From positions 113,964 through 177,963 of the forward strand of contig NMRA01000483.1 in the NCBI GenBank assembly GCA_002633005.1: a stretch of 64,000 bases of DNA. The letters are read 5' to 3'. This DNA comes from Phoronis australis. Taxonomy: Eukaryota; Animalia; Phoronida. Below are positions 13,310 through 25,254 of the stretch, one piece after another. Under the pieces are notes generated by a model, which made no database searches, was not told the DNA's origin, and worked only from the letters and a program-made list of their open reading frames with translations. The position numbers and the translations under genes are program-made. Every line of letters begins with the position of its first letter. Positions within the stretch are counted from its first letter, which is position 1.

Positions 13310-13717
13310 TACTTTCAGTCATCCAGTTGAGTAAATATGTAGAAAATTAAATCAATTACTTGACTTATGGATTGAGTAGACTCATCATGTGATTGACAGC
13401 ATAGTTTGCGCGGGATACTCTTTAGTGCCCTATCCCACCTTGGCAACAGAAGCCTCTGGCCCCCTTGTCTGTTTAAGCTAAGATTCTCCGCTCGTTCGTA
13501 TATTGCTTCCTTGAACTCTCCTGAACCAATTTGCTTCTCTATCCAGAATTGTGACATCATCCAGGGAGAACGAGTGTTCCGTAGCAGCTATATGACTGAA
13601 AACTGCTGAATCATAGCAGTCCCCGTAACTGGGTCTGCAATGTTGACTGATCCGACTTTTCAGGGCTTGTTTGGTTTCCCCTACATATGCTTCCTCTCAC
13701 CCTGGATCAGAGCATGA
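13310..13717 (-). mobile_element. Second Penelope-like GIY-YIG remnant, truncated by a TTAA element
   Basis: CSDPG*EEAYVGETKQALKSRISQH...SAVFSH...HSFSLDDVTILDREANWFRR/KEAIYERAENLSLNRQGG, with one stop and one frameshift. Confidence 0.85.
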
Positions 13718-13721
13718 TTAA

Positions 13722-14868
13722 AAGGCGAAGGCAACCTTTTTTCATGTCATTTTGTGCTAAAATAAGGTTGGTTGGTTATCCTAGACATATTTTCCACTTA
13801 ATTACAGGTTTTCGTAATTTTGTTAATTACTCGTCCGTTACTCAGAAGTGACGTTTTAGGAGGCAAGCATTTCGCGCCAATTTCTTTTCATATAGTCTGA
13901 CTGTGAGAGCTGCCGAGTCAGTCATTGTTCTACTTCGGTTGTGTTAAGTTACGTCGTCGTTTGCTTTCATTTACTAGTCAGTCAACATGCCGCACTGTTG
14001 CTGCGTACCGGGATGTACTAATTATCGTCTCACGCGCGCTTTGGGAGTACCTTAGCATCGCTTTCCGATGGATGACACACTTCGCCGTACTTGGCTCGTT
14101 CGTGTGAAGAACGCAGCGTTACCCGTCCACGCAACGTACAAAGCAGTCGAGAATNNNNNNNNNNNNNNNNNNNNNNNNNNNNNNNNNNNNNNNNNNNNNN
14201 NNNNNNNNNNNNNNNNNNNNNNNNNNNNNNNNNNNNNNNNNNNNNNNNNNNNNNNNNNNNNNNNNNNNNNNNNNNNNNNNNNNNNNNNNNNNNNNNNNNN
14301 NNNNNNNNNNNNNNNNNNNNNNNNNNNNNNNNNNNNNNNNNNNNNNNNNNNNNNNNNNNNNNNNNNNNNNNNNNNNNNNNNNNNNNNNNNNNNNNNNNNN
14401 NNNNNNNNNNNNNNNNNNNNNNNNNNNNNNNNNNNNNNNNNNNNNNNNNNNNNNNNNNNNNNNNNNNNNNNNNNNNNNNNNNNNNNNNNNNNNNNNNNNN
14501 NNNNNNNNNNNNNNNNNNNNNNNNNNNNNNNNNNNNNNNNNNNNNNNNNNNNNNNNNNNNNNNNNNNNNNNNNNNNNNNNNNNNNNNNNNNNNNNNNNNN
14601 NNNNNNNNNNNNNNNNNNNNNNNNNNNNNNNNNNNNNNNNNNNNNNNNNNNNNNNNNNNNNNNNNNNNNNNNNNNNNNNNNNNNNNNNNNNNNNNNNNNN
14701 NNNNNNNNNNNNNNNNNNNNNGCTTGCCTCCTAAAACGTCACTTCCGGAGTAGAGGACGAGTAATTAATAAAATTACGAAAAGCTGTAATTAAGTGGAAA
14801 ATATGTCTAGGATATCCAACCAACCTTATTTTAACTCAAAATGACATGAAAAAAGGTTGCCTTCGCCT
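13722..14868. mobile_element. Kolobok-like element with long (>=146 bp) TIRs and a THAP remnant
   Basis: 13723-13868 is the reverse complement of 14722-14868 with few mismatches. TTAA on both sides (one extra A on the left); 5'-AGG end. Confidence 0.85.
13987..14154 (+). pseudogene. THAP zinc-finger N-terminus (transposase remnant), runs into gap
   Basis: MPHCCCVPGCTNY......GVP*HRFPMDDTLRRTWLVRVKN: C-x4-C, HRFP and W of THAP; one in-frame stop. Confidence 0.8.
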
Positions 14869-15259
14869 TTAATTTTCTACATACATTTTTAAAGTTTTCC
14901 ATGGATAAACGTTTCATCTGCCAACCAATTAGAGAGCAGCTCTTAGCCTACAAAATTTCAAAACTGATGATTAAGCTGTGTGCCTGCACTGGGTACCCTC
15001 TTGATGGAAAACATTTAATTTAGTGCTACATACCTGGTCACTTTCAAAGATGCATTCCTGAAAGAAGATCGTTCCTCTCTGACTTGTGGACCGTCTTTGC
15101 AATATTTGTTCGTGAAGCCACTGAATGTTTCAGCCACCACAAAACTACTAGACCAAAAAACCAAATTCCTTGGATAAATTCCAAAATCAAAAAACTACAA
15201 TAGAAAAAGAGACGGGTTCTTTCACTGCTCAAAACGCACTGGCAATGAAACAAACACTG

Positions 15260-16291
15260 AAAACTTCCTGAATGTCAGGACACTAGTCCATGAGAAACTC
15301 GCAAATCCTACTGGAACTACATCAACAATATATTTACACCTTCCCAAAGTAATAATCCAAAAAGATTTTACTCAACAAAGAATCACCATATATTGCTCCT
15401 TTAAAAAAAGATGGCATCCGATCCAAAAGCAAAATCAAAAATATTAAACATTACTTTTTTTCTTGGTCTTCATAAGACATTGGTACAGATAAGGCCAACA
15501 ATGGCACAAGCACCTTTAACTCCATGCCTGATGTAACTTTCTCCACTGATGGTATACGCATGATGTTGCAGAACCTCAACCCTCATAAATCTTCTAGACC
15601 AGAAATGAAATGTCTCATCACATTATTAAAATAGCTGCAGAAGATATTGCACTGGTTCTTCACGAAATTTCCACCAAATCCTATCAATCAGTCCCGTCGG
15701 AATGGCGAACTGCAAACGTGACTCATCTTTAAAAAAGACAATGAAACTTTGGCTTCAAAATACAATCCAATATCACTCTCCTGCATGTGCACCAAACTTA
15801 TGGAGCACAAGATTGTCAGTAAGATTATGCCTCATCTTGACACAAGCAATATACTTCAAACTTGGCAGCATGGTTTTCATAGGCGTAGATCATGCGAAAC
15901 TAACTGATCACTTTAATAGTTTACCTACTCCAAAATATGGAGGCAGGCACTCAGACCAACACTGTGGTGCTGGACTTATCCAAAGCCTTTGGTATCTCAT
16001 CTTAGACGCTTGGAGAAGATCAGCTACTACGGTGTAAGAGTTCTCACCCACAATTGAATCCAGTCCTTCATATCTCATAGAACACAGAGAGTCGAGATTG
16101 ATGGCGAGTTCTCACATTCCTCCCCAGTTCAGTCAGGGATGCCCCAGGGCTCTGTCTTTGGTCCTGCACTCTTCATACTTTATGTTAACGACCTTCAATG
16201 ACTCCATTCTTTCAAATGTCCGTTTCTTTGCCGATGATGCATAGACCTATTGCTTCCTGCCATGATTGTCAAATAATTCAACAAGACTTAA
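15260..16291 (+). mobile_element. Degenerate CR1/L2-group LINE reverse transcriptase, 5' part
   Basis: Motifs across frameshifts: WRTANVT, QHGFHRRRSCET, VVLDLSKAF, SGMPQGSVFGPALFILYVNDL, FFADD. Left end approximate. Confidence 0.85.
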
Positions 16292-17887
16292 AGGAGAATG
16301 CCACCCAAAAAACAACCTATTTTGTGTCAATTTAGATTGAGTAGTTCAACTCGATAACGGCACGTTCTGTTGCGATACCTGATGGCAGACGGAGGTGTTG
16401 AAATTATCCACTGACGTCATAGGTTTCACATGCAGTCTGTTCAGCAGTTCACAACACTGGTTACAGGTGTCAGCTTATCGCTTGAAGTCATCGTTCAACA
16501 CCAATAAATCATCAAACTTCAATATAAAACCCTTAAAAATACACAGAGTTCTTATAAAAACGTGTTGTTTTATTTCGCTGTTTCGGATTTATTGGTGTTT
16601 GGACATACTGTAGCCTACAAAGTTTGGCATGCCAATTTACCAAGGTCCGTAGCAGGAGTTTGTAGCATGAACATAAACCATTTTGAGTTGGAAACTAAAC
16701 CTCCAGTCACGAAAAGACTATAATAGTGAGCCAAAGAAACAATGTGCACATAATTGCTTATGTGAATTAGCCACGAAACTGGAAATGTACTTACTTGTCA
16801 GGGCTGCGAAGTCAGGTTCCCCTTCCACACACCGTCAGGGCAAAGGTTGTACAGTAACAATGATTTGAATATTGTATTTGTATTTCTAAATAAAGATTCC
16901 CCTAATATGTGACCGTAGCATATAAAATCGAGTAATTGTTTCACAACAGCTTTCTGTCAGCAAACACTGAATTAGCATGTGCTCACACGGCCTCGGTGCT
17001 CGGTCAATTACCTTTGTTGCCAGCATCTAAAGCCCGTAACGCAGTGGTTTATTCATTGCTGGCTTCTCAACATTTGCACTTACGAATACTGCAAAGGCAT
17101 TACAAATTGTATTGACGTTGTGGACCTTTTGATAACAAAAAGGCGGGCGGACTAAAAAAACACGGTGGCATCACTGTGAATTGAGCGTTTGTGCTTGTTT
17201 AGTGGACTTGTGTCTCATTTTCTGGGACTTTTTGTTTCTCAGAGGTGAACCTTTTTGCCCACTTTGCCAAGTGGGGGGGGGGCTCCTTGGGTGCGCGCAT
17301 GTAAACGTCTACATGGCAACTCGCCCGGCGCCAATCCCAACTTAGTCTAGAGCTCATCCGACGAAGACTTCACTGGTCAGATTGTTAGGTTCCACAGGCT
17401 ATCAATTCGTACCGAAATACACTGATCAAGAAATACTAGGGAGGCGCCGTGAACATGCACAGGCAACGGAACGTTTGGATAGTTCTTTGGTAAGACGGAA
17501 TTTGGCAGAGAAATCACTGTCGTCGAAATGCCGGCCACAGACACGGAGATGGATGTTTCACGGCCTCATACTTACTATTAACAGCGTACCTTTCATTCTT
17601 CACTACCGCGAGTGACTTCCTAAGCATTTCGGGCTCTTGGGGAAGTCGAAAAAATGATATACCCGCTTTTTTCGCAGCTTCATAGTTCGGACAAGCGGGA
17701 ACGATGCACCGCAATATAGCGGCATTCACTCTGCAGACGAACCACTGACGTTGCTGCGTCGTTTCTCACCTTCCTCGCAGGTTACGCGACACCTCTCGGC
17801 AAGGTGAGGTCAACTGTAAAGAGGCGATGTGGATATAGACCGATTAAGACAGTAAAAAAGACTAATTAAATTGGGTGGCATTCTCCT
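16292..17887. mobile_element. Kolobok-like DNA transposon derivative nested in the LINE
   Basis: Perfect 17-bp TIR AGGAGAATGCCACCCAA; TTAA TSD at 16288-16291 and 17888-17891; THAP remnant on minus strand, KolX-like GYQFVP on plus strand. Confidence 0.9.
17510..17729 (-). pseudogene. THAP domain remnant
   Basis: RCIVPACPNY....GISFFRLPQEPE.LRK.LAVVKN...YEAVKH, then frameshift to HLRVCGRHFDDSDF, completing the C2CH ligand set. Confidence 0.85.
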
Positions 17888-18370
17888 TTAAACTCCCTAG
17901 TCTCCTGGGAAAATCCTGGAAAATGGATATCATCATTTCCAAATGCAATATTCTACATGTCCACCGAAAACGTTCCCCCATAATTACAGTCTTCACAACT
18001 CTTCGCTCAAATGCATAAATTAAGCCCCATGCCTTGGAGTCACTCTTACTAATAATTTATCATGGAACACTCACATAGACACAGTCATTTCTAAGGCAAA
18101 CAAAACTCTTGTCTTCATTAAATGGAACCTCAAATATGCACAAAAGCCTTGGCCTACACTTCACTAATGACGCCCAAACTTATATATTTCTAGATCATAT
18201 AATTCCCACTCTCATCCCTTTGGAAATACATTCACACTGCATACTACACAAATTTTTTCTTCTCACCTACTATTTTACTCTGCAATAGACTCCTGCATGC
18301 CATCTCATTAGAAACATTAGAGATGTTCACGAGTCACAATTCAAACATCAACTTTCCAATAAATAATAAA
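17888..18370 (+). mobile_element. Same LINE, 3' part
   Basis: LNSLVSWEKSWKM..SKC...LGVTLTNNLSWNTHIDTVISKANKTL; continuous with IQQD at 16276-16287 once the TTAA element is removed. Right end approximate. Confidence 0.8.
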
Positions 18371-18860
18371 TTATTTTAAACAGGGCTTTAACACGCACTT
18401 TTGTTTTGTTGTTATTTTCACAATTATACACAGTTCAAATTTATCACTAACATGCACCAACATTTGGTACTTGATCGTTTGTTGAAATCGGAAAAAGAAG
18501 ATTGATTTTCGTGAAATTTTTCAAATTAGTTTTCAGACATTTTTTTCCTAAATTGGTGAGAATTTACTGTTGGCTGTTATGTTTATTTAAACCATACCAA
18601 TCATCAATATCAATAGTTTGTGATTTCCCTTAGATAATGAATCTCTTGCAAATAATTTTTGCTCTGAACACTCACTAAATGCAATTTACTTTCCTGGACA
18701 TTTAATCTCCAGTAGTTGGTTTGTAGTATTATTAGTTATGGGAAACAGGCAAAATACAAAATTGTTATTCGAGGTTATGATATTTAATATTTTGAAATGC
18801 ACATAAAATATGGGAAAAATGCTGTTTTCCTTGTTATTTATGACCTTTTCTCTTTCAGCC

Positions 18861-19225
18861 ATGGCAAACAGACTGTGGAGTGTTGGGCTCTCCAAGCTGG
18901 TGGTCATCTGTTTTACAGTTTCGTCACTTTCATTTGTCTATATAGCTGTGGCACCATGGCAACATTTGGACTGTGATAATGTCAGATCTGAAGCAGCAAG
19001 ACTCCATAAAGTAGTAGAACATAAGGTTCAGTCTGAACATAGCCAGTTTCATACAGGGGTTCCAGATGATGACATCTCTTGGGGAGAACACAAACTAGCA
19101 ATCATTGTGCCATTCAGAGACAGACTTGAAGAATTACTGGAATTTGTTCCTCATATGCATTCATATTTAAACAAGAAAAAAGTTCGTCATCAAATCTATG
19201 TGATCAACCAAGTGGATAATCTCAG
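18861..19225 (+). CDS. B4GALT7: B4GALT7 coding exon 1 (signal anchor, stem, start of GT7 domain)
   Basis: MANRLWSVG, hydrophobic anchor, HKLAIIVPFRDRLEELLEFVPHM...IYVINQVDNLR. Acceptor ttcAG at 18857-18858; donor at 19226; phase 2. Confidence 0.92.
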
Positions 19226-21738
19226 GTTTGTTAAGAATGTTTTCTTAAGCTGTTGTTTTGTTAGTTACGAGCAGCACTATTTTGTCTTGTAGTACTATTC
19301 ATCTACATGATGGTTATCGTTGCCAGTATTGTTCTTCTCATTGTCATTGGCAGTGATGTTGTCAACAGTGTTTGTGTGGAGTGGGGGTGTTGTGGTTTGC
19401 AACGGTGTTGCCTTTGGTGTTGCTGTTGTAAGCTTTAGCATGTCAATATTGTCCTGAGCATTTTTGATGTTGAAATGGTAGTGGCTGCAGTTTCGTCAGC
19501 CGTGTTGTGGCCACTGAATGTGCTCTCAGCTCATCAATTGTGTTCAAGGGGTTGCATGGTTGTCCCAGTGTGTCGCAGTCATTGTTGTTGTAATATTGAC
19601 ACCATCAGTGCCGCGATCTGCATTGATGTTGTTGCCAGATCACTAATTTCTAGGTTTCCTATTGTGGTCAGCTGGTCGGCAGTGCCGTCTTTGTACATGT
19701 AAATCTCGTCATCACTGACAGTGCCATTGTTGACACTGCTGTTGTTATTGTTGACAGTTCAGCGTTTTGATATTAGTGTCAATGTCAAGACAATGGTTTC
19801 TTGGTATTTTTGTTTTTTCAGTGGATTTTGGAAGGTTTTGCTCTTGGAAGAGCTTTCATTACTTGGCAGATTTTTTTGCCAGCTGAGTGAAGTCTGTTAC
19901 TCTGTCATAGAATTTTTTGTTTCTTTGAATTCTCTTTTGGCATGTTACTATCAATATTTTTTATTTGCTTGATGTAAATGTACTCAAGATATGTCTTGAC
20001 AATGAATGGCTTGAGAATTATGTTGAAACTGGAAGCTAGATGATGATGTGACGACTACTTCTTGTGTTACGGAACCAGCTCCGTTGTCCTTTGAGGTTTC
20101 TGAAATTTAGCAACTAATGTACTAGATAGATCTCGTCAAAGGCTGCCTGATTTATGCTGTCTGTTTGTGGCTAACTTTTCTGAAGTAACTGTTGTTCTTC
20201 CGATGACTACTGATTGATTCTTCCCTGTTCTTCTGTACAAGGCTATGTTTCATAATTTTTGTCACCATTTTCATTATCGTTGTCATTGTCGTAATGGCCG
20301 GGTACAATTTCCAAAAGTTCACATGTGAAAAATTCTGGGCTATTTTTAGTATTTCCATGAGTCTGAAAGATAAATTGACATTTAAGGCAGCCTTTTGAAT
20401 GACTAGTTTTTTCATAGTCATGATCAATGTTATGAACACATGATTGGCACTGGTCACTGTACAAACCAATGACATTCTTCTTTCAACTGGTTGGCTGCTG
20501 TTCAGCAAAGAGTTTTTAGAAGCCATTTTGAACGTAAAGCAGCCATAATCTAAGCAAGCAATGGCTTTTTAGAGGCCTTCGTAACCCTAAAAACGAAACT
20601 ACTCATTGTCTTTTAAAGCGTACACTGATCATTTCCCATTCTTCTTCAGTTGAGTTTTTCCAATCATGGTCTCTCATCAGAGTACTTTCACCTTGTTCCT
20701 TTCTTAGATGACAAGGGAGTTCTGGGCTTGGACTTTCCGTTTGTTATTTCTTCAAACCAAATGTATAAAATGTCTGGTAAGGGCATGATGTGAAATTTTA
20801 TAGGCTTGATCTGAAAAATAAGAAACTGTGAGTTCTTTTGAAGCCTCTAACTCACTCCCAGTTTGAGGCCCATTTCATAATGGTCAATGGTCTAAATTTT
20901 GTTGTGCTCCTTTTATTGTTTGGGGACCATCGAAATGGCACAAATCATCAACAATTATAACAAAATTGTACACATTTCAGGGTTTTTGTGCTCTGCACCT
21001 TACGACTACTACTCTGGTGAATGGTAATATTGTTTAAAATGATGCTGTTGTCATAGATTTATCAGTAACCTTTTCTTTGATGAGACGAAGAGGACTACTT
21101 TAAATCGTATGTAGGGCACACAATGTCATCTGCAATTAACTTTCACCTGTCTTTTTCTGGAAAGTTTAAAACAATATTGAAACACCAAAACTATATAAAG
21201 TATTGCACAGCAAAACATTTTGCTACTTATTTGTTATTCTTGCCCGATGTTTGCCTTAAGTTTTCTGAAACTTTTGTGAGTCTTTGAAGAAAGTTGTCTA
21301 TTGGCTTTTGTTCTTTTACATCTTTTAATTTCTGATCAAAGTTGTGTTAAACTAAGCCTATCTTGCTAATTTCAATACATTTTGACGTTCTTCATTATTT
21401 TCTGTTCCATTTTGTAATGTTTTGATAGGAAAATTTTAAAGCAAGTCATTCCTTTCTTTCAGACATGATTAAAAATGTTCACACATTGAGTACTTGCTTC
21501 GTTGGTACTGTAATGCAGAAAAGACTCACTTTTTTACCACAGCCCCACATCTCTATAACTAAGCTCCAGTAATTTTTCATTCATTTAACTTGATAAATCC
21601 TTTTTTATGTTAACTGTGCCGATAGACACTAACTTTTGCCGTGAATGGTGAATGCTAAAACTCGATGTTTGGAGAAAAAATTACCCAAAATATCATGCAA
21701 AAATTTTCCTTTCTTGGTGCTTCTTTCTTATTTTCCAG

Positions 21739-21964
21739 GTTTAACCGTGCATCGCTTATCAATATTGGTTACCTCCTGAGTCGGCACGAATGTAGCTACA
21801 TCGCTATGCATGATGTTGATCTGCTTCCTCTTAATGAGGCCCTGGACTATGGATATCCCAAGTTGGGCCCATTTCATGTCTCATCACCTCAGTTGCATCC
21901 ACTTTATCATTACAAAACGTTTGTTGGTGGAGTACTTTTGCTGAATAATCATCATTTTCAATTG
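21739..21964 (+). CDS. B4GALT7: B4GALT7 coding exon 2 (DxD motif)
   Basis: [10 protein letters not shown]...[13 protein letters not shown]...[26 protein letters not shown]; ccAG / GTGAGT. Confidence 0.95.
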
Positions 21965-23224
21965 GTGAGTGAAGGGGTTGAAGCCTAGAGGCATTAATTT
22001 CACTTGACTGTTCAGTTACAATCTGCTGTTTACATGTAATTTGAATGTGTGTTAAACGCATTGAAATTGTGCTGTTTTTAGTTAATAAAATTCTTTCGAG
22101 TTTGATATGCCAACAAATCTCTACTGTTTTGTAGTACTTAGAATGTTAAAACGACTAGTAGAGTGCCGGAGGCTTGAGAATTTTTTTAGTACATTCTCCA
22201 CAGTTACACAATCCAACTGGGACAGTTGTATGACTAAGTGCAGTGTTCAGAAAGAACTACTTTCACTGACATTGTGTGTCAATTTCAAAAAGCCTACTGT
22301 GATTTAGAAGCGTTCGCAAAATTCTAAGCCACAATGGAGTTTAGTTACTCCGCACAAGCCCAAAATTAATGCGCTATTGGTTTCTTCAGGGTATGTCATG
22401 AGTTTATCGAGGTCAACTTAAGGATAAAGAAAAGCTTGTAGATATTGTGTGGCTAGAAGTTTTTACCAGAAATCTTTCGAGATTAGAAACTGATGAATGC
22501 AAGCCTACATGAGACTTCTAGTGTCACCTATTGCTAAGGTTTCCCAGTTGCGCTAAGACTCACTGGGAATGCCTGGGTTAAGCCAAGCAACAAACTCTAA
22601 TAAGTAAACTGTGTACTGAGCTGTCATGTTTCTTGTAACTATGTACAAATTTCATAAAATACTATTAGGATTCTGATATTTCGCCTCAAATTTTCCAGCT
22701 TTTAAAAGATTTTAAGAAATATCAGTCACTGTGATAGTCCAATTTATACGCTGCTGTCAATGACAACTCGGTTGTATTATTTATAGTTGAAAGTACATAA
22801 TTGAATTTGAATTATAATTATTTTAAAATTCGTAAAGGTGAATAGCAATCTTTCTTCAGTTTGGGACTCAATGTGGTGGACAATGAGAATTTTATTTTGA
22901 CAAATTTCTATTAAGTTTAGAATTTTTGCTTATGGGGAAATGGTAAGAAAATGTAAGTTGCCAATTAGTGTGGTTTATACTGTAATGTATCTCCAAACAC
23001 CGCAGTGTTAAAATTGAGGATTTTTAAGATTTTAGGTAGTCTGACAATTTGGCACCATCAAATGGGCAATAGTCAAATATAACATGCCTTTATTTTGAGA
23101 ACCAGTTTGATGCTATTGGAGAAAGCTAGTTCCCAAAATTTCAGGGCATGTTATATCCAACCATTACCATCAAATGTACCAAGCTTGTGTTCAATTTAGG
23201 ATGTAGATTGTTCTTTACTTTCAG

Positions 23225-23308
23225 CTTAATGGTCTTTCAAACAGATTTTGGGGTTGGGGAAGAGAAGATGATGAATTCTATGCTAGAATGGTAGATGCCA
23301 ATCTTAAG
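23225..23308 (+). CDS. B4GALT7: B4GALT7 coding exon 3
   Basis: [28 protein letters not shown] (catalytic WGWGREDDE); tcAG / GTTTG. Not in the ORF track. Confidence 0.95.
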
Positions 23309-25146
23309 GTTTGTGAAATGAATATTAATTTCAAGGCAATACTATTTAAGGGTAATGAAAACATTTTGTGTGCAATGTTATGAAGTTGAATTGTTTACTT
23401 CAAATGTATATTTTGCTGATCATGGCCTCTTTTACAGTCACTGTGTGAAATCACATAACCCTACTTGCCAACTGTCCCACTTTTAGTGGACATTAGACAA
23501 TACTGCTCTTTGAAGTTGTGTACTGCCCTTCGTCACACCATCAAAATGTCCCGCTTTTTGACATGCATCAAAATTGGATTACCATGGTAACAGCCCACTT
23601 TACTCCTTGAATTTTCCACAGATCACGAAAAAAAGAAAGGAAAACCGCAAACTTCCTCAGCTGCTTGGGCCCACTCCACTGTTAGTTAGGTTGCGGGTTT
23701 GGGTTCTTTTGCAGGACCTTCAGCTTTGCGAAATGTTTTCGTTTTCTACCTTCAGTTGGTGTCCTTTTTTGTTCTTGAATTTTGGCAACTATCACGTTTT
23801 AATGCTTATTATTATGCGCTTATATTTCAAGCTATGTTAATACTTATGTTCGAAATTTAGGCACATATCTATTGGTGAACAGTTGATTGATGCTTCAAAT
23901 CTAATTTCACCTATGACAATGGGATTAATTGTTGTCATGTTAACTGTTGAGTTCATAAAACTCTAACTGGAATGTCAACTTTCCGCACGTGACCTATGTA
24001 TTCTGTTATTAGTCCTGAAGTCCCATTTTTCAATCCAACTTCCGTTTTTTTCATTTCTCAAATGTTGACAACTGTGGAGCAGGTGTTCATTTGTCTCTTT
24101 GTCATGAATATTGTTGTTTTCCAGAGTAAACTTTCTTTATTGTAAAAATATGTTCCAGTGTGTCCTGTTTATGGTAACACACACTGCGTTTATCAGGGTC
24201 ACTGTCTGATTATGCTTTTTGAAGAAATTGGGGTTTGTTTACAGACTAATATGGAAAGTCCTATACTGCAACCTATAAAATAATTCATCCACAGTACATT
24301 TCAAACCTACGCAATTGATGTTTGCTCATTTTATGTCTATAAGAAAGCTTCTATCTGCAAATTTCTGATAGGTAGTTGGAGTAAATAGTTCATCACGTTT
24401 GTAAATGTCAATTCGCCCTGAATTTTTTCTGAACTGTATCGGCACCAAAGGTCCAGTTGATATACAATACAAAGATGTATAATTTTGAATGAATGCCTGA
24501 CTAAATTCTCCACAGCAACTGTGAGGGATCCGTATTCTAAAATCTTTGTCTCAAGCGGGTAGAATCTTTTGAATCATTGAAATTTTTTCCAGGTGGTTTA
24601 ATTAGTCATTTACATAACGGTTCTCGACTGGTTCATTTCCTTTTCATGTTACTATGATGACACCCTGTTATTTTTTGCATTTTGGTAAATACTCTAGGTT
24701 ATTAGAGTGAAAAAATTTAAACCTTTCAGGAATGCAAAATCATGATTAAGTATGAATTAAATTGTTTTTATCATTTGTTTCATCTACTAATAGTCGTACA
24801 CTATCAAGAATTGGTGAAGGGCTTTCTCATGATACAAGTCTAGTGCAATTTGGTTGAAAAACGGCAGAGTTGTTAAACGTTTTAACCAATACCAGAACAA
24901 ACAAATGCAAACAAATGCCACTCATGCGTGGTACAACCTCAGCAGGGCAATATTGAAGTTTGCATTACAGGTCCAGAGTTCTTTGCAGAGTGGAAGTGTT
25001 GTAGGGAGATCAAATTTGGCACACTTGAGAGAATAGAATTTGAAATTTTGCTCGTTTCTTACAAATAACAACTGAAGGCAAACTGAACAATCCATGCCTA
25101 CTGACTCATAAGAATAATTTCGCTGTAACTGGTTTCTCTTTTACAG

Positions 25147-25254
25147 ATATACTCACCCATAGGAATCACTACTGGACCTATGAATACATTTCGACATCTT
25201 CATGATAGAAAGAAACGACCCCGTGACCAGTTTAGGTATCATAACCAAAAATTA
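25147..25254 (+). CDS. B4GALT7: B4GALT7 coding exon 4
   Basis: IYSPIGITTGPMNTFRHLHDRKKRPRDQFRYHNQKL; acAG / GTAAGT. Confidence 0.93.

Noticed and set aside
9258-14793. Long ORFs of 220-260 aa in the ORF track
   Set aside because: They are runs of N. Only the THAP piece before the 14155 gap is real.
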